From assembly GCA_041674225.1 (NCBI GenBank), contig JBAYWG010000001.1:169401-233400 (forward strand): a DNA stretch of 64,000 bases, in the 5' to 3' direction. Shown here piece by piece: positions 18,113 to 26,785 of the stretch; the first letter of the stretch is position 1, and the number at the start of each line of letters is the position of its first letter. The position numbers and the translations under genes are program-made. The notes under the pieces were generated by a model. The model was not told the origin of the DNA. It saw nothing but the letters and a program-made list of their open reading frames with translations, and made no database searches. Source of the DNA: Minisyncoccota bacterium. Its GTDB lineage: Bacteria; Patescibacteriota; Minisyncoccia; Phycocordibacterales; JAACPR01.

Positions 18113-18152
18113 ATCTAATATAAAAAACCGCTCTCAGAAACTCTGAGAGCGG
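18113..18152 (-). terminator. Rho-independent terminator downstream of the 543-aa gene (stem accgctctcag/ctgagagcggt, T-run on minus strand)
   Basis: Read directly from the sequence. Confidence 0.6.
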
Positions 18153-18167
18153 TTTGACTTAAAGCCA

Positions 18168-19799
18168 TTATTTGATAGCAAGACTGCCATCAAATTCCTT
18201 CAAGAATTCCAGGACCAGCTCGATTACTGTTTCCAGATCGAGTTCTCCAAGAAGTTCCGGCAATGTCGCATGAAGAGGACCTATGGGTAGCCCTCCATCC
18301 CACATTGGGTGCAAATGAGGAATATTAATATCCGGCTCCATTTCGTTACCGATCGGAGAAATACTAACTAATCCTTTCAACACGTTGCACAAAATACGAA
18401 ACGATCCGATGTTGTGAATTTTTTCGGTTGAAATGTCCCTGCTTTTGATAGATCTAGTATCAACAACGAAGACATCATCTCCCTTGAAAAAGACACCCGA
18501 GACTTCCGGCCAGGCACTCACCCTTTGGATACGTTCATTGAACAAATCAGTGGTCACAGCAGCAGGAACCTTTACAAGGTTTTGGATAAAAACGTTTTGC
18601 GCTATCATCATCTGATTGCGACGAATATTATTCATCAACTTTTTCAGTTCATTTTCCTTATCCTGCTTCTGTGCTGCTCGTTCATCTACGAACAGATTAC
18701 GGAAAGCCGAGATCACGACAGGATCTTTAAGCGGTGGCTTTTTTGGATAATCGATACTTTTATCAACAACAGGAAACTTCCTCAAAACAGTGAGGTAATC
18801 TCCGTAATGAATTTCGTTTATCGTTCCAATTGCTTTAATGGCAACAAGGATGGACGCTTCGAACTCATAATCCTTGAGTAAAGGAAGAATAACCTTTCCT
18901 TCCCCCATACAAAATTGATTCGTGTACCGATCCACATGAGGATGACCAAAAGTGTGTCTTTCATACTCAACTCGACGAGTGAGGTTTTTAAACACAGCAG
19001 GTGTTTCTTCACCACCTCCAAAGAGAAGCTTGATCTCAAATTGTCCAAATTCATGAAGAATTTTAGTTCCGGGATCAACAGCATACATGGTCTGTGTGGT
19101 GAAAATGATTCTTCTACCATCCACTCTAATGTTCTGAATCTCAGGAATATTCCAAAGAGTTTGAAGCACCTTATCAGCTTCTTCGTAAGCTTGCTGGTTG
19201 TCATCATTCTTTGATACCAAAGAAGAAGTCAAAACAATATCGTTTTGAATCAGCCGACGATTTTCTGTAAGCTGTTTTTGAAGATCAACATCTTTCTTGG
19301 ACTTAGGAATTTTGAATTTCCCATTCTTGATTTGAACAAGACTAGGCAAATCTCCCCTGATGAGATTCATTGCTTCTGTAAGAATGTGTTTATACACATC
19401 CACGTTCGGCTTATTACAGCAATTGTTAGAAGCATCGTAAAGCAAATACAGATTATTTTTTCCAACGAGTTCTGCAACAGCATAATTGCTTTCAGGATCC
19501 ACAATAACAATCCCTCTACCAGAAGGTTGATATAGAGTACGATTACATGTACGAACTCTTTGTTTCCACAACTCGTCTGGAAGCGTCAATTCGACCTTAT
19601 CACCATCAGCAGTACCGAAGACGTTAAGAAAAAATGTAGTTGAAAAACGACGTACATCTCTTTGTCTTCCTTGACAGTTGTACAGTTGAATTTCATTGAA
19701 CCCCAATATTTCCAATGCATCACCCAAAACATCTCGGGTAGCTGATTCAAAAGAATCCGCAACACGAAAATCCCAATTTGTTTTTTCTATTCTTATCAT
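18168..19799 (-). CDS. Large hypothetical protein (543 aa) with a central UBC-like E2 active-site signature (ERHTFGHPHVDRYTNQFCMGEG; compare canonical HPN[IV]x3-4GxIC) flanked by uncharacterised N- and C-terminal regions
   Basis: Same strand and GC regime as the Ubl/E1/JAB genes. The E2-like call is motif-level only. Confidence 0.45.
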   Translation of the reverse strand: MIRIEKTNWDFRVADSFESATRDVLGDALEILGFNEIQLYNCQGRQRDVRRFSTTFFLNVFGTADGDKVELTLPDELWKQRVRTCNRTLYQPSGRGIVIVDPESNYAVAELVGKNNLYLLYDASNNCCNKPNVDVYKHILTEAMNLIRGDLPSLVQIKNGKFKIPKSKKDVDLQKQLTENRRLIQNDIVLTSSLVSKNDDNQQAYEEADKVLQTLWNIPEIQNIRVDGRRIIFTTQTMYAVDPGTKILHEFGQFEIKLLFGGGEETPAVFKNLTRRVEYERHTFGHPHVDRYTNQFCMGEGKVILPLLKDYEFEASILVAIKAIGTINEIHYGDYLTVLRKFPVVDKSIDYPKKPPLKDPVVISAFRNLFVDERAAQKQDKENELKKLMNNIRRNQMMIAQNVFIQNLVKVPAAVTTDLFNERIQRVSAWPEVSGVFFKGDDVFVVDTRSIKSRDISTEKIHNIGSFRILCNVLKGLVSISPIGNEMEPDINIPHLHPMWDGGLPIGPLHATLPELLGELDLETVIELVLEFLKEFDGSLAIK

Positions 19800-19865
19800 T
19801 TTGTACTAGGTATAATTTTAAAACAACTTCTGGCAGAAGAATATAACACAAATCAAGACATGTCA

Positions 19866-19906
19866 ATTATTAAAATAAAAAGCCGCCACCCAACCAGGGT
19901 GGCGGC
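19866..19906 (-). terminator. Rho-independent terminator downstream of the FAD-oxidoreductase gene (10-bp stem gccgccaccc/gggtggcggc, T-run on minus strand)
   Basis: Read directly from the sequence. Confidence 0.65.
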
Positions 19907-19913
19907 ATACACA

Positions 19914-21467
19914 TCAGCGAGCGAGCTGATATTCCGCGCTTCTCATAACAACACCAAACAAAACATCTCCAATCCGATGAAGCATGCCAGGAATGACGAT
20001 GGCATTCGGGTTGTGAGGAGTTTCCAACACAGACCCAAAGCCGTAATAACCAGACAAAATCCGCTTCTTAGGATCAGGACTGTGTTTGACGATAAACTCT
20101 CCATCGTAATCAAACAAAGGACACTTATCTACAGGATCGTAGGTGCAGCCCATGCTTTTCATAACTTCCGGCGAATTACCATACCCAATGAGTGTCATGA
20201 TCTTCCCAAAGGGAATTTTTTCAACCTCAGAGTGCTCTTTACGAAAGACGTAGACTTCCTTTCCAGCAACTTCCCAACGATTGACTCCATAAAGAATTTT
20301 TCCATTGTGAAGCGCACGGTAGTAATCACTACGACTTCTCGCAAGATCTCCCTGAAAATCAACCAGATTAGGAAGGGATACATCCCGAAATAATCTGCGT
20401 GCAACTCCATCAACGACAACAGTCGTGTTTGGATTATAAACACATTCTTCAGGGTAGTGAGTAAGAACACGATAGTCCACAGCCGCACCTCGATCAATCA
20501 GATTATGAATCTGAAAAAGCATCTCTGCCGTTGAATTACCGAGTCCGACGAGGATAATTCTCTTACCCTCAACTTCATCGCGATCAATAACCTTCTGCCA
20601 ACGTGAACCGGCTTGGGCAGTGGTCGCTTCAGTAGTCATGCGACTTGGATCAGAAAGCGGTTTTGGTTTACCGAGACCAATCGTATTAATAACGATTGGA
20701 AAAGTTTCTTTTTTTCCATTAGCGAAATGAAGCACGTGCTTCAACTTACCAGGAACAATCTTGACCACCGTCTCCTTTTTAGAACGGTAAGCTAGATTAT
20801 CTAGGAACCGGCGAACTTCTTCACCATCTCCAGGTGCAGGCCGCAAGATTCTATCAAAGAATTGTAGCTGACGTGGATTATTCCTAGACAGTCCAAAGAC
20901 ATTGTTCTGACTCCAGATACCCAGCGGCTTAGACTTCTCATATATGGTAATGTTATTAAAACCAAGTTGTCTGAGCGCGTAAGTGATAAGAATCCCCGCA
21001 GCCCCATAACCGACAACGGCAATTGGAACTCGAGACAAGGAATTTGGAATAGTAGATTGGCTGACAAAAAAAGTTGCCGCACCCTCTCCTAAAAACTGTT
21101 CCGGACTCCGAAGACCGCTATTGGCAAGAGCCAAATCGATACGACGATTCTGCAAATGTTCACCTCGATATTCAGGAAGATTATCTTCACTGTCGATAAA
21201 AGGAAGTGCTTGGGCATAACCATTAAGAACTCCTCCAACATCACCGACTCGAAGAACCAATTCAGAAAAAAGGTTACCCCAACGTCCTGTGTTTGACATT
21301 TCTTGGACAGCATCAAGACTGAATCCTTTCTCGTCAATCCATCTTCTCAGAACACCCAGCGAAACCTTTTTCATAAAAGAATCTCCTAGGGTCTTGAGCT
21401 TTTCACAAGCAGTCACTAAGTCACGAGGAGTTCTTTTTGAACTCATTCTTTTTGAAGCGGTATTCAT
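19914..21467 (-). CDS. FAD/NAD(P)-binding oxidoreductase with two dinucleotide-binding motifs (flavin monooxygenase / pyridine-nucleotide-disulfide-oxidoreductase-like) and a ~150-aa N-terminal extension
   Basis: VPIAVVGYGAAGILITYALRQLGFNNITIYEKSKPLG (GxGxxG) and RIILVGLGNSTAEMLFQIHNL (GxGxxA) Rossmann motifs. Confidence 0.7.
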   Translation of the reverse strand: MNTASKRMSSKRTPRDLVTACEKLKTLGDSFMKKVSLGVLRRWIDEKGFSLDAVQEMSNTGRWGNLFSELVLRVGDVGGVLNGYAQALPFIDSEDNLPEYRGEHLQNRRIDLALANSGLRSPEQFLGEGAATFFVSQSTIPNSLSRVPIAVVGYGAAGILITYALRQLGFNNITIYEKSKPLGIWSQNNVFGLSRNNPRQLQFFDRILRPAPGDGEEVRRFLDNLAYRSKKETVVKIVPGKLKHVLHFANGKKETFPIVINTIGLGKPKPLSDPSRMTTEATTAQAGSRWQKVIDRDEVEGKRIILVGLGNSTAEMLFQIHNLIDRGAAVDYRVLTHYPEECVYNPNTTVVVDGVARRLFRDVSLPNLVDFQGDLARSRSDYYRALHNGKILYGVNRWEVAGKEVYVFRKEHSEVEKIPFGKIMTLIGYGNSPEVMKSMGCTYDPVDKCPLFDYDGEFIVKHSPDPKKRILSGYYGFGSVLETPHNPNAIVIPGMLHRIGDVLFGVVMRSAEYQLAR

Positions 21468-21535
21468 TTGTATGTAATATGGGTTTAAAATTGAACAGTA
21501 TTCGTTTTCGAAATTAACATTATTTTATGCTATTG

Positions 21536-22462
21536 TCAATTTTTTTGGAATTTAATAGTTTGTTCTGTCCAATCAAAATATGGCCAGCTCACAATATTAT
21601 TTCTAGCAAGAATTCTAGGACCCCAATATGATAAGAAGAAAGTTCCAGAGACAATAAGAAGTACAGCAGTAAGGATTACCACACGATTAGTTTTAGCATT
21701 AAGCCATTTTTCAAATCTACCTCCAGTTCCATAGAAAAGAATCAAAAACAATACTGCCATTACAATAATATTTCCAATCCCCTGAAGAACAAAAGCGAGG
21801 CTACCATAAAATGGATTATGAGTTGAGGCCGCGTATTCAAACATTTTTCTAAAAAGTGGAAAGGGACGACCAATTAAAAATGCACCTATAGTTGCACCCA
21901 TGATAAAAGGAGCGGCCCACACATGTTTTGCAAAAAACTTCGAGAATGGATTAGGAATTACTTTAATAGTTCCCAATCCCCAAATAATATAAGTGATTCC
22001 AATCAAGCAGAATACAACAACCGACTGCAAGAGTCGCACTGGCATTCCATTTGAAAGTTGCTCGGTTGAAAGCTGAGGAAGGTTCGAGCCAATCAAAGCA
22101 CCTATCCCGCCATAAAGCGCAGCTACAACAATTAGACCAAGTGACAAAAATCCTAAAGGCTTCAAGACACTTCCAGTTGATCTCTTTCCACTTGAAAGTG
22201 GAGCGATCGCACTAAAAGCACAAATGTTGCAAGCAGTGAAAGTTCCTGCCAAACCTGAAACAAAGGCAAATAATGCACCCATAATTATTCCAGTAATTGG
22301 AGTAGTCTTAGCATCATATCCAAGAAGATTATTAGCTATAGGATCTCCAAGATCACTATCCACAAATGAAGCTGACCAAAATACACTTATAAGAAAACCC
22401 AACAAAACGCTACCTACCACTATTAAAGTTTTTTGTTTTCGGCTTATATTAATTTGTTCCAT
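21536..22462 (-). CDS. Polytopic integral membrane protein (~8 TM) with a Cys pair inside a TM helix (AGTFTACNICAFSAIAPL), possibly DsbD/CcdA-like
   Basis: Hydrophobicity pattern. Last gene before tRNA-Gln. GC like the island. Confidence 0.45.
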   Translation of the reverse strand: MEQINISRKQKTLIVVGSVLLGFLISVFWSASFVDSDLGDPIANNLLGYDAKTTPITGIIMGALFAFVSGLAGTFTACNICAFSAIAPLSSGKRSTGSVLKPLGFLSLGLIVVAALYGGIGALIGSNLPQLSTEQLSNGMPVRLLQSVVVFCLIGITYIIWGLGTIKVIPNPFSKFFAKHVWAAPFIMGATIGAFLIGRPFPLFRKMFEYAASTHNPFYGSLAFVLQGIGNIIVMAVLFLILFYGTGGRFEKWLNAKTNRVVILTAVLLIVSGTFFLSYWGPRILARNNIVSWPYFDWTEQTIKFQKN

Positions 22463-22502
22463 ATTTCTAAACTACAATTTTAATATGAACATGTCAATTT
22501 TA

Positions 22503-22575
22503 GGTTGCCCGACAGGGATTCGAACCCCGATTAATGGCTCCAGAAACCACTGTCCTACCATTAGACGATCAGGCA
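22503..22575 (-). tRNA. tRNA-Gln (anticodon CUG)
   Basis: Hand-folded cloverleaf: acceptor UGCCUGA/UCGGGCA with the U1:A72 pair typical of bacterial tRNA-Gln, D-arm GUCU-AAUGGUA-GGAC, anticodon arm GUGGU-UUCUGGA-GCCAU, T-arm CGGGG-UUCGAAU-CCCUG. CCA not encoded. Confidence 0.8.
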
Positions 22576-22613
22576 ATGTGTGAATATTATCAGTAAACTA
22601 GTTCGTTTCCAAC

Positions 22614-23522
22614 CTATTGAGTTTCCAACGGCTCATTCGTAAAAGGATCTCTAGGACCAGTGTATTCTGGTGGAGCTGGTTCTGCAGGCGCTTCATCTTC
22701 TACTTTTATTAGTTGATCTAAAATTTCAGATGATTGTTCATCTGTTTTATTTAAAAAGAAAAACCAAAAGAAAAATAATCCAATCAAACCTAACAAAACT
22801 ATTAGAACAAAAATCATAGGCCATGGACTTTTTTCAATTTTCTTTTGCTGTTCTTCCGCTAAAACTTTTTCCATTTCTGGCATTCCTGCAAAACCAACAT
22901 TTATATATTGTTGTGCCTGCACTTTTGTTGGCATGAATGGAACACTTGAAACTGGAGCTTCACCTTCTACTGATCCAGTTTCATTTAGAACTTTTGGAGT
23001 CGAGTTCTCTTTTTGATTTGCAATTTCATTTGGCAGAAGTGTCGTTCCGGGAGCTGGCAATCTTTGCCCACCACTTGCCATCAAATGTGCAGCGGTCTGC
23101 GTATTCGTTCCAACATTCATAAAAGTCTGTGCTGAATCTTTTACAGCAGATTGTGCAGAACCTTCTTTTTCAAAACCTACAGGGACGAAACCTTTTTTAA
23201 TTTCCGGATGAACAAAATCATGTTTAAACAATTTTTCTTTTGCTTTTAAATTTTCTTCTGCAGGAGCAACGACAGACGGTGCAACATTTGTCTGACTTTT
23301 TATTAATCCTAAATCTGTATCGACTTCAGGTGATGTTGTTGTTCCAATTGTGGGTACAGGGTTTTTCACTGCCGGTTCACTCCCACGATACTGAGAAAAC
23401 AATTCACTAATGTCTGCATCTTGAAAACCTTGTTTCATCAAAACATCACGAATATCTTCATAATCGCGCCCCTCGGCCAAACTACTCTCAATCAATACTT
23501 GTAATTGTTTTGTTAAAATCAT
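22614..23522 (-). CDS. Hypothetical protein with one C-proximal TM helix and a low-complexity middle region
   Basis: 302-aa ORF. PWPMIFVLIVLLGLIGLFFFWFFFL hydrophobic segment. Confidence 0.5.
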   Translation of the reverse strand: MILTKQLQVLIESSLAEGRDYEDIRDVLMKQGFQDADISELFSQYRGSEPAVKNPVPTIGTTTSPEVDTDLGLIKSQTNVAPSVVAPAEENLKAKEKLFKHDFVHPEIKKGFVPVGFEKEGSAQSAVKDSAQTFMNVGTNTQTAAHLMASGGQRLPAPGTTLLPNEIANQKENSTPKVLNETGSVEGEAPVSSVPFMPTKVQAQQYINVGFAGMPEMEKVLAEEQQKKIEKSPWPMIFVLIVLLGLIGLFFFWFFFLNKTDEQSSEILDQLIKVEDEAPAEPAPPEYTGPRDPFTNEPLETQ

Positions 23523-23540
23523 TATTTATTATTCTACTAT

Positions 23541-25172
23541 CTATTTCTTTTTTGCCACTCTCACAAACTCTGTAAAAAGTGGATGAGGAGAAAGAGGTCG
23601 TGCCTTAAACTCTGGATGAAATTGTGTTCCTAGCATAAACGGATGAGATTTTTTTGAAAGTTCTGCAATTTCCATCAATCTTTTATCTTTTGAAGTTCCA
23701 GAAAAAATCAATCCAGAATCTTCGAGTTGAGCAATATATTCTGGATTCACTTCATATCGATGACGATGTCTTTCTGAAATTAACGATTTCCCATACGCTT
23801 TTTCTGCAATTGTTCCCTTTCTCAAAAAACACGGATATTCACCAAGTCTCATTGTGCCACCAAATTCCCCTCTCGCAATTTTTTCTTTTTGATCTGGCAT
23901 CATATCTATCACACAATTTTTTCCATCAGGATTTATTTCTGCAGTCTGAGCATCTTTGATTCCCAAGACATTTCGCGCGTATTCAATTGTCATCAATTGC
24001 ATTCCATAACAAAGTCCTAGATACGGAATTTTATTTTCTCGCACAAATTTTATCGCAGCCATTTTCCCTTCGATACCAGTTTCTCCAAAACCTCCAGGCA
24101 CAATCACTCCATCAAAATCAGCCAGTTCTTTTACAAGCTTCGGATTGTCATCGTATTTTTTAGAATTTATCCAAGTCAATTCCGCTTTTACACCTTCATA
24201 ATATGAAGAATATTTTATCGCTTCAATCACTGACAAATACGAATCCGACAAAACAAAATCCCCAGTATCAAAATATTTTCCAACCACAGCAATCTTCAAA
24301 GCTTTCTTTGTATTTTTTGTTTTTGAAACAAACTTTTTCCAATCAGTTAAATTCGCTTTCGGATTTTTCAAATTCAACTCTTCCGCAATCATTTCTCCAA
24401 TTTTGTCTTTTTCAAAATTAATTGGAACATCATAAATACTTTCAATATCGGGCGCTGAGATTACATTTTCTTTTTGCACATTACACTGAATTGCTAGCTT
24501 TTCTTTTCTTCTTGCATCAAGCGGAACAGAGCTTCTGGCGATAATAAAATCTGCTTGAATCCCGTAAGAGTTCAATTGTCGAATCGCATTTTGAGTTGGC
24601 TTTGTTTTCATTTCTCCCAAAGTTTGTGGAATCGGCAGATAACTCACCATAATAAATAAAACATCTTTCGGATTTTTTAATTTCAAAACACGCGCCGCTT
24701 CCATGAACATAATGTTTTGATAATCCCCAATCGTCCCTCCAATTTCTACAATAGTTACATCTGATTTATTTAATACTCCAGACTTTTCATATCGCCGTAG
24801 TATTTCATCTCTAATATGCGGAATCGCCTCTACACAATTTCCTCCATACTTTCCTTGTCGTTCACGATCGATAACATGTTTATAAACCATTCCAGAAGTT
24901 AGATAATCCGCTGTCGACAAATCGCGATTTAAAAATCTTTCATAATTCCCCATGTCCTGATCTGTTTCTAAACCAGAGTTCATCACAAAAGTTTCTCCGT
25001 GCTCTTTTGGATTCATCGTACCTGCGTCCACATTCAAATAAGGATCAACTTTCATCAAGTTGACCTTATTTCCCATAGATTGAAGTATAGTACCAATAGA
25101 GGCGGTGCTTATACCTTTGCCGACTCCTGACATCACTCCTCCTACGACAAAAATATATTTGTGGCCTTTCAT
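23541..25172 (-). CDS. pyrG: CTP synthase
   Basis: MKGHKYIFVVGGVMSGVGKGISTASIG N-terminus and GLCYGMQ glutamine-amidotransferase triad region. 543 aa. Confidence 0.9.
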   Translation of the reverse strand: MKGHKYIFVVGGVMSGVGKGISTASIGTILQSMGNKVNLMKVDPYLNVDAGTMNPKEHGETFVMNSGLETDQDMGNYERFLNRDLSTADYLTSGMVYKHVIDRERQGKYGGNCVEAIPHIRDEILRRYEKSGVLNKSDVTIVEIGGTIGDYQNIMFMEAARVLKLKNPKDVLFIMVSYLPIPQTLGEMKTKPTQNAIRQLNSYGIQADFIIARSSVPLDARRKEKLAIQCNVQKENVISAPDIESIYDVPINFEKDKIGEMIAEELNLKNPKANLTDWKKFVSKTKNTKKALKIAVVGKYFDTGDFVLSDSYLSVIEAIKYSSYYEGVKAELTWINSKKYDDNPKLVKELADFDGVIVPGGFGETGIEGKMAAIKFVRENKIPYLGLCYGMQLMTIEYARNVLGIKDAQTAEINPDGKNCVIDMMPDQKEKIARGEFGGTMRLGEYPCFLRKGTIAEKAYGKSLISERHRHRYEVNPEYIAQLEDSGLIFSGTSKDKRLMEIAELSKKSHPFMLGTQFHPEFKARPLSPHPLFTEFVRVAKKK

Positions 25173-25174
25173 AA

Positions 25175-26101
25175 TTATCTGATGCGCAAGTATCTTTTAA
25201 TTGCTAAGAAGCTTGAAACTGAACCAATGAATATTCCTGAACCAACTATTATCAAGAACATTTCCCCAAAAGAGCTAATGTAGTATTCAAAAATATTTGT
25301 CTCTACAAAAAATCTTTCTGTGATTGGACCAAGCCAAAATGTTACCGGCCAGAATATTATCAGTGTAATAACAGAAGAAACGATTCCGTACATTGCACCT
25401 GTTACCAAGAATGGCCCTGTGATAAAGTTGCTCGAAGCTCCAACTAGTTTCATTACATTAATTTCATCTTTTGAAATAAACATCGCAAGACGAATTGTGT
25501 TTAGCGTAATCAAAATTGAAATGATTATGAATATTATTGTAACAATCGCACCAAGTTTTTCTCCTGCATCAATAATCTGACCAAGCTGATCAATAGCTTG
25601 CTTGTTTTGGAAATAATTTACTTTCTCCACAATACTCACTCCATCTCCAATTGGATAATTTTGTTCCAAGAAATTTGCTACACCCTCGTACTGAGAAGGT
25701 TCTTTAGCTTTAATATTTAGCACTGCCCCAAGAGGGTTTGCGTCAAGCTCGTCTAGAGCTTCTAGAGTTTTTTGATCATTCTTGTGTCTTTCTCGGAAAT
25801 TTTCTAGCGCAACATCTTTTGAAACATAAGAAACAAAATCAACTTCTGGCAATTCTTCGATAGAAGATTTAACACTCAAAATATCCATCTCTACAGCATC
25901 TGGTACAAAATAAACATTGATATCAACTTTGTCTTCAATAGAAACTAAAGATTTTTTCAAAAGAGCTGAAGAAAAAATCACACTTCCGATAACAAACAAA
26001 GTAATAATCATCACCAACACCGCAGAAAGTGAAACCACACCGTTACGCCAAAACTGCACAAAACCTGTTCTAAATATTCTTCTTAAATTAAGCATTAACA
26101 T
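25175..26101 (-). CDS. ftsX: Cell-division ABC transporter permease FtsX-like
   Basis: 4-TM topology with a large periplasmic loop. Immediately downstream of ftsE. Confidence 0.8.
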   Translation of the reverse strand: MLMLNLRRIFRTGFVQFWRNGVVSLSAVLVMIITLFVIGSVIFSSALLKKSLVSIEDKVDINVYFVPDAVEMDILSVKSSIEELPEVDFVSYVSKDVALENFRERHKNDQKTLEALDELDANPLGAVLNIKAKEPSQYEGVANFLEQNYPIGDGVSIVEKVNYFQNKQAIDQLGQIIDAGEKLGAIVTIIFIIISILITLNTIRLAMFISKDEINVMKLVGASSNFITGPFLVTGAMYGIVSSVITLIIFWPVTFWLGPITERFFVETNIFEYYISSFGEMFLIIVGSGIFIGSVSSFLAIKRYLRIR

Positions 26102-26104
26102 AAA

Positions 26105-26785
26105 TTACAAAATATATTTTCCTGAAAATTCGTCACGAATAATTTTACCATTATCGACAGTGATAACGCGACGCTGTAGTTGATCGATAATATGTTTATT
26201 GTGAGTTGTCAAAATCACAGTTGTACCAAGGTCGTTAATTTTCTTTAGAATTTGAATAATATCGTGAGTGTTTAGAGGATCTAGATTTCCTGTTGGCTCA
26301 TCAGCCACTAAAATATCTGGTTGATTCACAATAGCTCGTGCGATAGCAACACGCTGTTGTTCTCCTCCTGAAAGTTCATGAGGAAAATTCCATGCCTTTT
26401 TTGTAAGACCAACAAGTTCAAGCGCATGCGGAACATCTTCTCGAATCTCTTCTTCTGTTCGTCCTGCGACTTCCATAGCAAAAGCAATATTTTCGAAAAT
26501 AGTTTTATTAGAAATCAATCTGAAATCTTGAAAAATTGTTCCGATGTTTCTTCTCAATCGACAAACTTCATTTCCTTTCAAACAATGAATATCTACAGAT
26601 TCAAAAAACACACGACCATCAGTCGGAGTTTCTTCTGCCAAAAGCAATTTAATTAATGTTGTTTTCCCAGCACCAGAGTGACCAACTATAGAGACAAATT
26701 CACCTGGTTCGATTTTTAAATCAACATTTTCTAATGCAATCGTGTCGTCAGAATATATTTTTGTAACATTATCAAAGTAAATCAT
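26105..26785 (-). CDS. ftsE: Cell-division ABC transporter ATP-binding protein FtsE
   Basis: GHSGAGKTTLIKLL Walker A, LSGGEQQRVAIARAI ABC signature, ILVADEPTGNLD Walker B. Confidence 0.9.
   Translation of the reverse strand: MIYFDNVTKIYSDDTIALENVDLKIEPGEFVSIVGHSGAGKTTLIKLLLAEETPTDGRVFFESVDIHCLKGNEVCRLRRNIGTIFQDFRLISNKTIFENIAFAMEVAGRTEEEIREDVPHALELVGLTKKAWNFPHELSGGEQQRVAIARAIVNQPDILVADEPTGNLDPLNTHDIIQILKKINDLGTTVILTTHNKHIIDQLQRRVITVDNGKIIRDEFSGKYIL

Noticed and set aside
22614-23522. Possible additional component of the Ubl island
   Set aside because: It lies beyond tRNA-Gln, has host-like low GC and is followed by pyrG, so it is more likely core genome.
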